From positions 160,001 to 224,000 of the forward strand of contig JBBFKW010000002.1 in assembly GCA_037481835.1 (NCBI GenBank): a stretch of 64,000 bases of DNA, in the 5' to 3' direction. Numbering within the stretch: position 1 is the first letter of the stretch; each line of letters starts with the position of its first letter. The translations under genes were made by a program, and so were the position numbers. The stretch comes from Desulfosoma sp. (lineage in GTDB: Bacteria; Desulfobacterota; Syntrophobacteria; Syntrophobacterales; DSM-9756). The notes under the pieces were generated by a model. It was not told the DNA's origin, made no database searches, and saw only the letters and a list, made by a program, of their open reading frames with translations. Below, one piece after another: positions 19,824-28,621 of this stretch.

Positions 19824-20765
19824 GTGCGCTATGACCTTTTCACGCAGCATACGATTCGAGCGGATGTTCATTTTGGCGGGACGGGCCTACATACGGGGGC
19901 TCGCGTGCATGTAGTGATCCGTCCCGCGCCTCCCAACCACGGCGTGGTGTTCTACCGTGTGGACCAGCCGGGGGCTCCGGCCGTACCCGCCCGTTACGAC
20001 CATGTGGTGGACACGGCTTTGGCCACCGTGATCGGCAAAAACGGTGTGTCCGTCGCCACGGTGGAACATTTTATGGCGGCCGTGAGGGTGGCCGGCCTGG
20101 ACAACCTGCGGGTGGAAATCGACGGGGCGGAAATGCCCGTTCTGGACGGGAGCGCCAGGCCTTTTCTGGAGATTCTTCAGGAAGCGGGAATTCAAGCCCA
20201 GGAAACCCCGAAGAAATGCCTCCGAGTGAACCACCCCTTCACGGTGAGCCAGGGAGACGCCTACATTAAGGTGGCGCCTTCCGATGAGTTGCGCATTTGC
20301 TACACCATCGATTTTCCTCATCCCCTGGTGGGCCGGCAGGCCTTCACGTGGAGATTCGATCCGGGTTCTTTCGCCCGCGATCTGGCTTCGGCACGGACCT
20401 TCGGGTTCCTTCGCGATGTGCAGAGCCTCCAGAGCCGGGGTTTGGCCTTGGGGGGATCTTTGGAAAACGCGGTGGTTTTCGACGATCACAAGGTGCTGAA
20501 CCCGGACGGGCTCCGGTATCGGGACGAGTGCGTGCGCCACAAGGTGCTGGATTTTTTGGGGGACCTGGGGCTGTGTCCTTTCCCGGTCTTTGGCGCCTTT
20601 GAAGCCCACAAGGCAGGGCATGCTTTGCATAACCGGCTGCTGCGTCACCTGTGTGAACGGCCGGGCTACGTGCGCTTCGTCCCGGCGACGGTTATGCCGC
20701 CCAGGAGCGTGACGCCGACGCGTCCGTCGGTATACTGGAAACCGCCGGTGCTGCCCGTGGGCTGA
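19824..20765 (+). CDS. lpxC: UDP-3-O-acyl-GlcNAc deacetylase
   Basis: GTGLHTG, TVEH, EMPVLDGS, ARTFGF, RHKVLD and KAGH motifs; GTG start after gaggagg. Confidence 0.93.
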   Translation: MRYDLFTQHTIRADVHFGGTGLHTGARVHVVIRPAPPNHGVVFYRVDQPGAPAVPARYDHVVDTALATVIGKNGVSVATVEHFMAAVRVAGLDNLRVEIDGAEMPVLDGSARPFLEILQEAGIQAQETPKKCLRVNHPFTVSQGDAYIKVAPSDELRICYTIDFPHPLVGRQAFTWRFDPGSFARDLASARTFGFLRDVQSLQSRGLALGGSLENAVVFDDHKVLNPDGLRYRDECVRHKVLDFLGDLGLCPFPVFGAFEAHKAGHALHNRLLRHLCERPGYVRFVPATVMPPRSVTPTRPSVYWKPPVLPVG

Positions 20766-20869
20766 AGGAAAGCCGCCGGGGCCTTCGGCCTATTTTCTTG
20801 TCAACGCCAAGCGCCTTCGCTACAATCCAATCCTTCCGGGACATCCACAGAGGGGAAGGGTCGGACGCG

Positions 20870-21436
20870 ATGCGTAAGGCGTTTTTTTTTGCAGGGTGTC
20901 TTTTGCTCGTGCTCATGACGGTGTCCGAACCCGCGCCGGCCAGAAATAAGGCGGATATCGCCGACCTTAAGGTATTTGCCGATCCCCCGAGCCTCAAGAT
21001 CAGCTTCCGCATTGACAACTGTTTCAACGAAGAAATGGAGCAGGCCATCCAAAGCGGCGTGACGACCACGTTCCGCATCCGGATCGTTGTGGAAAAGGAT
21101 GGTTTGCCCTATGTGCGCGAGCGCTTGGTGGATACGTCCGTGGAACGCACCATCCGCTACGACACTTTGCACGAACAGTATTTGGTGTCCCGCGTGGACC
21201 AGCCCGCGTCGTTTCTCACGACCAAGCGCTTTGACGAGGCCAAAGCCTGGATGAGCGAGGTCAGGGATCTGCCCGTCATCGCGCTGTGGCGGCTTGCCCC
21301 GGAACAAACCTACCTTGTTCAGGTCAAGGCCGAACTGTCCAAAGCTCAAGTGCCGTCCTTCCTACGCTACGTCTTCTTCTTTGTGAGCCTTTGGGACTTC
21401 GAAACGCCCTGGGTCACCGCCACCTACACGCCCTGA
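20870..21436 (+). CDS. Exported protein, DUF4390-like
   Basis: Signal peptide, C-terminal WDFETPW, conserved position upstream of an ntrY-like kinase. Confidence 0.75.
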   Translation: MRKAFFFAGCLLLVLMTVSEPAPARNKADIADLKVFADPPSLKISFRIDNCFNEEMEQAIQSGVTTTFRIRIVVEKDGLPYVRERLVDTSVERTIRYDTLHEQYLVSRVDQPASFLTTKRFDEAKAWMSEVRDLPVIALWRLAPEQTYLVQVKAELSKAQVPSFLRYVFFFVSLWDFETPWVTATYTP

Positions 21437-21453
21437 GCCGCAGAGATGCCGTC

Positions 21454-23712
21454 ATGACGTTCCCAGATGCCGCCATGATCCGTCGGCGCCGCCGGCGTGA
21501 AAGGGCCGTGCTCATTACGGTTCTCGCTCTGGTGCTGGTCTTCGGCTTCCTTCAGGGCTGGTTTTTCCATTACGAATCGGAACTGCCCCTTCTCGGCAAC
21601 CTCCTGCTCATCGCCCTCGTCAACGTTAACTTGATCCTGCTCTTGCTTTTGCTCTATCTGGTGCTCCGCCAGTTGGTGAAGCTCGTTTTCGAGCGGAAAC
21701 GAGGCGTGCTGGGCCACAAGCTGCGCACGCGTCTCACCCTGGCCTTTGTGGCCCTGACCCTCATCCCCACCATTCCCCTTTTCGGGGTCGCCGTGCAGTT
21801 CATGTCCTTCAGTTTGGATTACTGGTTCAGCGCCCAGGTTGAGCAGTCCTTGGCTCAGAGCGTGGAACTGGGCCGAGGATACCTGAGGCAGGTTCAGGAG
21901 GATTTGCGGGCGGAAGCCGCCGCGGCGGCGGCTGAAATCTTTCCAGACGGAGCCGGTGCCGATCTGCGGATTCCAGAGGTGTCCCTTGCGCCCGCCTTTT
22001 GGAGCCGCCATCATGTGTGCGGGGTGTTTGCGGCCGATGCCGACGGAACGGTGCTGTGGTCCGCGTGGAAGGACCCGGAGTGGGCTCGGTTTGCCGTCAA
22101 CGTGGCCCGGGCGATTCACGAACGGGTGACGCATCGGGAGGACCTCTCAGAAGCGTTTCCCGTTGCCCTGGGGGACTACGGGGAGGCGCTTCTGTTGCTG
22201 CGGTCTTTGGGCGGGGAAAACCATGGCCGGGATGCCGTTTTCTACCTGGGGGTCCTTCGGCCTTTGCCGTCGGATCTCTCCTCCAAGCTGAGCACCGTGG
22301 TGCAGGGCTACCAGAACTACCGCCAGTTGAAACTCTTCAAGGCTCCCTTGAAGACCACGTACTTTATCGCCTTTTCCATCGTCACCCTCTTGGTGGCCTT
22401 TGCCGCCATTTGGTTTGGATTTTATCTCGCTCGCCATATCACGGGCCCGGTCCAGAGCCTGCTCACGGCCACCGACCGGGTGGCCCACGGAGATCTGGAC
22501 GTGAGCCTCCACTTGGACCGGGAGGACGAGCTGGGTCTTCTCATGGCTTCTTTCAACCACATGGTGCGCGACTTGCGTTCGGGCCGGGAAAAGCTCACCG
22601 AAGCCTACCGCGCCTTGCAGGAAAGCCATGAAGAATTGGAAGCGCGCCGGCGGTACATGGAGATTGTTCTGGCCAACATCGGAGCGGGTGTGGTGGGGGT
22701 GGACGCCGATGGGATCGTCCGGGCGATGAACAAGGCTGCCGAAAAGATGTCCGGCGTGCGGGCCGATGAGATCACGGGGCGGCATTACCGGGATTTTCTC
22801 CAGCCGGAACATCTGGACGTGGTGAAATCCTTCCTCAGGCTTTATCAGATCAGCCGCCAGACCTATTTGGAAAAGCATGTGCAGGTCATGGTGGGCAACC
22901 GCCCCTTGGCCCTCCTTGTCAAGGTGAGTGTGCTTACGGACGAAAACGGGCGGCATGCGGGAGCCGTGGTGGTTTTGGACGATTTGAGCGAGCTTCAGAG
23001 GGCACAGCGCATGGCCGCGTGGCGCGAAGTGGCGCGCCGCATCGCCCATGAGATCAAGAACCCCCTCACGCCCATCAAGCTGTGCGCGCAGCGGCTTCGC
23101 CGCCGGTACACCGCCGGGTCGGGGACCGAGGGAACGGATCCGGTGTTGGACGAATGCACCGAAACCATCATCCAGCAAGTGGATCACATGAAGCGGCTGG
23201 TCAACGAGTTTTCCCTGTTTGCCCGCATGCCGGAAGCCCATCCGCAGCCGTGCGATTTGGGTGCCCTGGCGCAGGAGGCCGTGTCCCTGTACCGGCACAC
23301 GTATGGGAACATCCGGTTCCATCTGAAAAAAAGCGGCGTTTTTCCCGTGCTGCACCTGGACCCCGACCAGTTCCGCCAGGTCTTGAACAACCTCTTGGAA
23401 AACGCCGTTCAGGCCTTGGACGGCGGGGACGGCGATGTGGAGATCCGGCTGGACTACGATCCCATCTTGCGAATCGCCCGGCTGGAATGCGCGGACACGG
23501 GGCCGGGGTTGGATCTGGAAGCCAAGGTGCGGGTTTTTGAGCCGTATTTTTCCACGAAGGAGAAAGGAACAGGCCTGGGACTGCCCATTGTGGCCAAGAT
23601 CGTCGCCGACCACAACGGATTCGTGCGGGTGCGTGACAACGAACCCCGAGGGACGGTGTTCGTCATTGAGTTGCCGGTGGTCCAGATGGAGGGTGCCGAG
23701 CCGACCGCGTGA
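21454..23712 (+). CDS. NtrY-like sensor kinase (TM, HAMP, PAS, HisKA, HATPase)
   Basis: AAWREVARRIAHEIKNPLTPIKLCAQRL, FEPYFSTK and GTGLGL motifs. Confidence 0.9.
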   Translation: MTFPDAAMIRRRRRRERAVLITVLALVLVFGFLQGWFFHYESELPLLGNLLLIALVNVNLILLLLLLYLVLRQLVKLVFERKRGVLGHKLRTRLTLAFVALTLIPTIPLFGVAVQFMSFSLDYWFSAQVEQSLAQSVELGRGYLRQVQEDLRAEAAAAAAEIFPDGAGADLRIPEVSLAPAFWSRHHVCGVFAADADGTVLWSAWKDPEWARFAVNVARAIHERVTHREDLSEAFPVALGDYGEALLLLRSLGGENHGRDAVFYLGVLRPLPSDLSSKLSTVVQGYQNYRQLKLFKAPLKTTYFIAFSIVTLLVAFAAIWFGFYLARHITGPVQSLLTATDRVAHGDLDVSLHLDREDELGLLMASFNHMVRDLRSGREKLTEAYRALQESHEELEARRRYMEIVLANIGAGVVGVDADGIVRAMNKAAEKMSGVRADEITGRHYRDFLQPEHLDVVKSFLRLYQISRQTYLEKHVQVMVGNRPLALLVKVSVLTDENGRHAGAVVVLDDLSELQRAQRMAAWREVARRIAHEIKNPLTPIKLCAQRLRRRYTAGSGTEGTDPVLDECTETIIQQVDHMKRLVNEFSLFARMPEAHPQPCDLGALAQEAVSLYRHTYGNIRFHLKKSGVFPVLHLDPDQFRQVLNNLLENAVQALDGGDGDVEIRLDYDPILRIARLECADTGPGLDLEAKVRVFEPYFSTKEKGTGLGLPIVAKIVADHNGFVRVRDNEPRGTVFVIELPVVQMEGAEPTA

Positions 23713-23752
23713 GCGGTGGGGGCACGGTCCTGCCCGATGGAAAGTTCTGTAA

Positions 23753-23780
23753 GTGTTGGGTTTCACTGAGCTCACCCCCC
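23753..23780 (-). repeat. Degenerate REP-like palindrome, copy 4
   Basis: Minus strand ggggggtgagctcagtgaaacccaacac, in the kinase-regulator gap. Confidence 0.6.
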
Positions 23781-23848
23781 AAATCTGCGTTCACGGAGAC
23801 ATGCGGTGCGAGGGCGCTTCAGGGGGGAATCCTGCAGGAGAGGGCGTC

Positions 23849-25240
23849 ATGGCCATCAAGATCCTCGTGGTGGACGATGAACCGAACATCCTTCGGTCAC
23901 TTAAAGGCGTCTTGGAGGATGAAGGCTATGAGACGGTGCTGGCTTCGTCCGGGGAAGCGGCCCTGGAGGAGCTGAAAAAAGAGCCGCCCGATGCAGTGCT
24001 CCTGGATATTTGGCTCCCTGGATTGGACGGCCTGGAAGTGCTTCGGCGCATCAAGACGTCCCATCCCACGCTCCCGGTCATTATCATTTCCGGGCACGGC
24101 ACCATCGAAACGGCCGTTCGCGCCACCCGCATGGGCGCCTTCGACTTTGTGGAAAAGCCGCTGTCCCTGGAAAGGGTGTTGGTGAGCATACAAAACGCCT
24201 TGCAGGTGTCCCGCTTGGAGGCGGACAACCTGCTCTGGCGCCAGAAGGCGGAGAAACGCTATCGAATCACGGGCCAGGGTCCCGCGGTCGTCCGATTGCG
24301 GGAATTCATCGAACGGGCCGCCCCCAGCAACGCCACGGTGCTCATTACCGGAGAAAACGGCACGGGAAAGGAGCTGGCGGCCCGGTCCATCCATTTCTTG
24401 AGCCCCCGCAGGCACAGGCCGCTTATTGAAGTCAACTGCGCCGCCATTCCGGAAGATCTCATTGAAAGCGAACTGTTCGGCCACGAAAAGGGCGCTTTCA
24501 CGGGAGCCCAGGAAAGACGGCGCGGCAAATTCGACTTGGCGGACGGCGGCACGCTCTTCCTGGACGAAATCGGGGACATGAGCTTGAAGACCCAGGCGAA
24601 GATCTTGCGGATCCTCCAGGAACAGACCTTCGAAAGGGTGGGCGGGTCGCGCACCATTCGGGTTGACGTGCGCATCGTGGCGGCCACGAACAAAGATCTT
24701 CCCAAGGAAATCGAGGCGGGCCGGTTTCGACAGGACCTCTATTTCCGTTTAAACGTCATTCCCATCCACGTGCCGCCTCTGCGGGAGCGTCTGGAAGACA
24801 TCCCTTTGCTCGTGGAAGACTTCTTGGACGAACTGTCCCGGGAAAGTTCCATGGGCCGAAAGGAGATCGCCCCGGAAGTCTATCCTCTGCTCAGCCGCTA
24901 TACCTGGCCGGGGAACGTGCGCGAGCTCAAGAATTTCGTGGAACGGCTGGTCATCATGACCCCGTCGCGCATCATCGGGGTGAAAGATCTGCCGGACGAT
25001 TTTCTGCGGCACTTGGGCCAGGACCTGCCTCGGACCGATCCCTTCCAATACGGGACGCTCAAGGAAGCCCGGCACCACTTCGAAAGGGAATATCTCCTGC
25101 GCAAGCTTCGAGAAAACGACTGGAACGTCTCCCTGACCGCTCAAAATATCGGGGTGGAAAGAACCCATCTCCATCGCAAGATGAAAACCTTGGGGTTGCG
25201 TCCCGTCAGCGAGACGGAAGGGGAGGGTCGGTTGGGGTGA
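23849..25240 (+). CDS. NtrX-like sigma54-dependent response regulator
   Basis: Receiver (VVDDE, LDIWLP), GENGTGKE, intact GAFTGA, LFLDEIG, WPGNVREL, Fis-type HTH. Confidence 0.92.
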   Translation: MAIKILVVDDEPNILRSLKGVLEDEGYETVLASSGEAALEELKKEPPDAVLLDIWLPGLDGLEVLRRIKTSHPTLPVIIISGHGTIETAVRATRMGAFDFVEKPLSLERVLVSIQNALQVSRLEADNLLWRQKAEKRYRITGQGPAVVRLREFIERAAPSNATVLITGENGTGKELAARSIHFLSPRRHRPLIEVNCAAIPEDLIESELFGHEKGAFTGAQERRRGKFDLADGGTLFLDEIGDMSLKTQAKILRILQEQTFERVGGSRTIRVDVRIVAATNKDLPKEIEAGRFRQDLYFRLNVIPIHVPPLRERLEDIPLLVEDFLDELSRESSMGRKEIAPEVYPLLSRYTWPGNVRELKNFVERLVIMTPSRIIGVKDLPDDFLRHLGQDLPRTDPFQYGTLKEARHHFEREYLLRKLRENDWNVSLTAQNIGVERTHLHRKMKTLGLRPVSETEGEGRLG

Positions 25241-25259
25241 GCGAAGCGAACCCCAACAC
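25227..25259 (+). repeat. REP-like palindrome, copy 5 (contains the regulator's TGA stop)
   Basis: gtcg-gttggggTGAgcgaagcgaaccccaacac. Confidence 0.75.
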
Positions 25260-25368
25260 CCTTCCGGGATTACGACCCGTCAACGGAACGGAAGGGCAGA
25301 GCGACGAGCGGTCCGTGCGGTTCCCTTGACACGGCACGGGTTTTGGTGCTAAGAGAGCCCGACGCTGT

Positions 25369-25446
25369 CGGGGCGTAGCGCAGTCTGGTAAGCGCACTAG
25401 CATGGGGAGCTAGGGGTCGGCGGTTCAAATCCGCCCGTCCCGACCA
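25369..25446 (+). tRNA. tRNA-Pro (GGG)
   Basis: Acceptor CGGGGCG/CGTCCCG, anticodon arm ctagc-atGGGga-gctag, GGTTCAAATCC, CCA; TTGACA at 25326-25331. Confidence 0.95.
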
Positions 25447-25460
25447 GGTTTCCGCCTTCG

Positions 25461-25488
25461 AGGGGCCGCATGGGCCCCTTTATTTTTT
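25461..25488 (+). terminator. Intrinsic terminator after tRNA-Pro
   Basis: aggggcc-gcatg-ggcccct followed by ttatttttt. Confidence 0.8.
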
Positions 25489-25675
25489 CCCGTGACGTCC
25501 GGGCTATGCCGCCCGGCGATTTTGTCCGTCCTCCCAAGGCTTCCGCAACCCTTTCCTTCTGACCGCGGTTCCTGTGCCCCTTTCGGCGCGTGTTTTTTTT
25601 TCGCCCGAGGCTAATCGAATGATGCCATCTTTCCGAATAGAGAAATAGCGCAAAGGTGCAAGGAGAAGAAGGGAT

Positions 25676-26881
25676 ATGGGATGGAGCATTGTTTTCGTCG
25701 ATGATGATCCCGGCGTGCTGGAAGGACTCCAGCGCATGCTTCGATCCATGCGGCGTGAATGGCGGATGCACTTTTTCCCCAGTGCGGCCCAGGCCCTTGC
25801 CTTTCTGGAATCGGAACCGGTGGACGTCGTCGTTTCCGACATGCGCATGCCGGGAGTGGACGGCGCGGAATTTCTCGCCCAGGTAAAGCGCGCCTATCCC
25901 CATGTCATCCGCATTGCCCTTTCAGGCTATGCGGACCAGGAGATGGTCCTGAGGGCCGTCCGATCCGCCCACCAGTACTTGGCCAAGCCGTGCAGCGCCG
26001 AGACCCTCAAGGGCGCCATCGATAGGGTCAGAGCGCTCAGGGAACTCCTGGAGGAAGAATCTCTCAGGGCCGTGGTCGCCGACTTGGAAGTGCTTCCCAG
26101 CTTGCTGTCCCTTTACCAGGACATCATGAAGGAACTGGAATCGCAAGAGGCGTCCGTCAAGAGGGTGGGGGAAATCATCGCGAAAGACGTGGGGATGACC
26201 GCCAAAATTCTCCAGCTGGTAAACTCGGCCTTCTTCGGCGTGTCCCGGCATGTGTCCAACCCGGCCCAGGCCGCCGTGCTCTTGGGCCTAGACACCATCC
26301 GCGCCCTGGTCTTGTCGCTGCACATCTTTTCTCAGTTCAAAGGCAAAGCCTTTTCGGAAAAGGACGTCAGCCTCCTGTGGGAACACAGCCTGACGACGGC
26401 CGTGTACGCCAAGACCATCGCCTCCGCCTTCGGAGCGGACCGCATGGTCTGTGAGGACGCTTTCATGGCGGGAATGCTCCACGATGTGGGGAAACTCATT
26501 TTCATACAAAACCTACCGGAAAAGACCAAGCAGGCCGTGGAACGCTCAACCCAGACCGTCGAGCCCCTCTGGGCCAGCGAAAAGGCCGTGGTGGGCACCT
26601 CCCACGGCGAGGTGGGGGCGTACCTTATGGGCGTGTGGGGCTTGCCTGACAGTATTGTGGAGGCTCTGGCCTTTCATCATTTCCCGAGCCGGTGCCCCCA
26701 CCGACAGTTCAGCGCCTTGACGGCGGTTCATGTTGCGGACTTTCTCCATTATGCCGCATCCGGCGGGCCGTCCTTTCAGGGACCTGGATTGGTGGATCAG
26801 GCCTATCTTTCGGATTTGGGGGTGTTGGGCCAGCTGAGGCCGTGGAAGGAAGCCTGTCAGAGGGCGATCGCCGCCCAGTAG
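25676..26881 (+). CDS. Response regulator with HDOD output domain
   Basis: FVDDD..SDMRMP receiver; LPSL, AKILQLVNSAFFG, WEHS, LHDVGKL, WGLP. Confidence 0.88.
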   Translation: MGWSIVFVDDDPGVLEGLQRMLRSMRREWRMHFFPSAAQALAFLESEPVDVVVSDMRMPGVDGAEFLAQVKRAYPHVIRIALSGYADQEMVLRAVRSAHQYLAKPCSAETLKGAIDRVRALRELLEEESLRAVVADLEVLPSLLSLYQDIMKELESQEASVKRVGEIIAKDVGMTAKILQLVNSAFFGVSRHVSNPAQAAVLLGLDTIRALVLSLHIFSQFKGKAFSEKDVSLLWEHSLTTAVYAKTIASAFGADRMVCEDAFMAGMLHDVGKLIFIQNLPEKTKQAVERSTQTVEPLWASEKAVVGTSHGEVGAYLMGVWGLPDSIVEALAFHHFPSRCPHRQFSALTAVHVADFLHYAASGGPSFQGPGLVDQAYLSDLGVLGQLRPWKEACQRAIAAQ

Positions 26882-26891
26882 GGGCTGGATC

Positions 26892-28037
26892 ATGCCGATA
26901 TCGGAAAAGATTCTCTTTGTGGATGACGATCCCAACATTTTGGCCTCTTTCAAGAGGACGCTGCGCAAGCGCTACGATGTAGACACGGCCGTGGGGCCCG
27001 AAGAAGGCCTGGAGGCCGTCGGCAGGTACCGCCATTACGCCTTGATCATTTCCGATCTGCGCATGCCCGTCATGGACGGCATCCAGTTTCTCAGCAAAGT
27101 CAAGGAACTGTGCCCGGAAACGATCCGCATGATCCTCACCGGTAACGCCGATCTCCAAGCCGCCATCGACGCGGTGAACCGGGGCAACATTTTCCGTTTC
27201 CTGACCAAACCGTGCCCTCCGGAGACGCTTCAGCTGGCCGTCGATGCGGGACTGCAGCAATATCGGCTGATCCGCGCCGAAAAAGAGCTTTTGGAAAAGA
27301 CCTTGCGCGGGGCCATCCGTATCCTGACGGACGTCTTGAGCCTGGTCAATCCCGAGGCGTACGGCAGGGCCTCACGAATCCGGCGGTATGTGCGCGATAT
27401 CGGGGCCCGTCTCGCATATGCCAAGGCCTGGCAGCTGGAAACCGCGGCCATGCTGAGCCAGATCGGCTGCGTCGTGCTCCCCGAGGATTCCCTTAAGAAA
27501 ATCTATCGCGGAAAGGAACTTACGCCCGAAGAGGCGCAGCTGTTCCGAATGTACCCTTCGGTAGGGGCGGATCTCATCGCCAAGATCCCCCGCATGGAAG
27601 AAATCAGCGAAATCATCGCCTACCAAGAAAAACATTTCGACGGCGGCGGGATTCCCAAGGATGAGCGCAGCGGAGAGGCCATCCCGCTGGGGTCCCGGAT
27701 CCTTAAGGTGGTTTTGGATTTCGATGCGCTGGAAACCCGAGGCCTTCCACGGGCCGCCGCCATGAACCAGCTGAGAAAGCGGGACGGGTGGTATGATCCG
27801 ACCGTCCTGAAGGCGCTGGAAAAGGTTCTGGGGGACGAGGCGCGCTTCCAGGTCAAGGAACTTTCGCTGCAGGAACTCCAGCTCAACATGATCGTCGGGG
27901 AAGACGTCCTAAGCCTCAAAGGCGTGCTGCTCATCGCCAAGGGCCAGGAGATCACCCCGGCTCTCTTGGAACGATTGAAAAATTTCGCCAAGACCGTGGG
28001 GGTCAAGGAGCCCATCCGGGTTTTGATTCCGGTCTGA
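26892..28037 (+). CDS. Response regulator with degenerate HD-GYP-like domain
   Basis: Receiver; LSQIG in place of LHDIG, FDGGGIP in place of DGxGYP, IPLGSRIL, YDP. Confidence 0.8.
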   Translation: MPISEKILFVDDDPNILASFKRTLRKRYDVDTAVGPEEGLEAVGRYRHYALIISDLRMPVMDGIQFLSKVKELCPETIRMILTGNADLQAAIDAVNRGNIFRFLTKPCPPETLQLAVDAGLQQYRLIRAEKELLEKTLRGAIRILTDVLSLVNPEAYGRASRIRRYVRDIGARLAYAKAWQLETAAMLSQIGCVVLPEDSLKKIYRGKELTPEEAQLFRMYPSVGADLIAKIPRMEEISEIIAYQEKHFDGGGIPKDERSGEAIPLGSRILKVVLDFDALETRGLPRAAAMNQLRKRDGWYDPTVLKALEKVLGDEARFQVKELSLQELQLNMIVGEDVLSLKGVLLIAKGQEITPALLERLKNFAKTVGVKEPIRVLIPV

Positions 28038-28060
28038 GCAAGCGAGGCGAGGGGTGGAGC

Positions 28061-28621
28061 ATGAAGGGAACCGTTCTTTTTGTGGACGACGAACCCCATT
28101 TCACCAGTGCGTTACAGCGGGCCTTGCGCCATGAACCCTATCGGATCCTGACGGCCAATTCCGCAGCCCGGGCCTTGGAGATCCTGGCAAGCGAGCCCGT
28201 GGACGTGGTGGTTTCCGACGAAAGGATGCCGGGTATGAGCGGTTCCGAGTTCCTGGCCGTGGTGCGGCGCCGCCATCCACGGACCGTGCGCATTCTGCTC
28301 ACCGGATACGCGACGCTGGATGCGGCGGTCAAGGCCATTAACGAAGGAGAAATCTATAGGTTCTTGACGAAACCGTGCCAAGCGAAGGATCTTTCGGAAA
28401 TCATCCGGCAGGCGCTGGCTATCAGCCGGCACATGGACAAGGCGAAAGAAAGGCCTGCCGGATCGGCAGAGGAGACCGACCCCCTGGGGGTTTTGTCGGA
28501 ATTGGAACGCCATTATCCGGGGATCACCCGGATCAAGATGGACGAAACGGGGGCCATCATCCTGGACGACACAGACCTGGGTTTGGACAGGCCCCCGGAA
28601 TCCAACGAGGAGAGTGTTTAA
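28061..28621 (+). CDS. Response regulator (receiver plus short tail)
   Basis: FVDDE, SDERMP, LTGY and FLTKP motifs. Confidence 0.85.
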   Translation: MKGTVLFVDDEPHFTSALQRALRHEPYRILTANSAARALEILASEPVDVVVSDERMPGMSGSEFLAVVRRRHPRTVRILLTGYATLDAAVKAINEGEIYRFLTKPCQAKDLSEIIRQALAISRHMDKAKERPAGSAEETDPLGVLSELERHYPGITRIKMDETGAIILDDTDLGLDRPPESNEESV

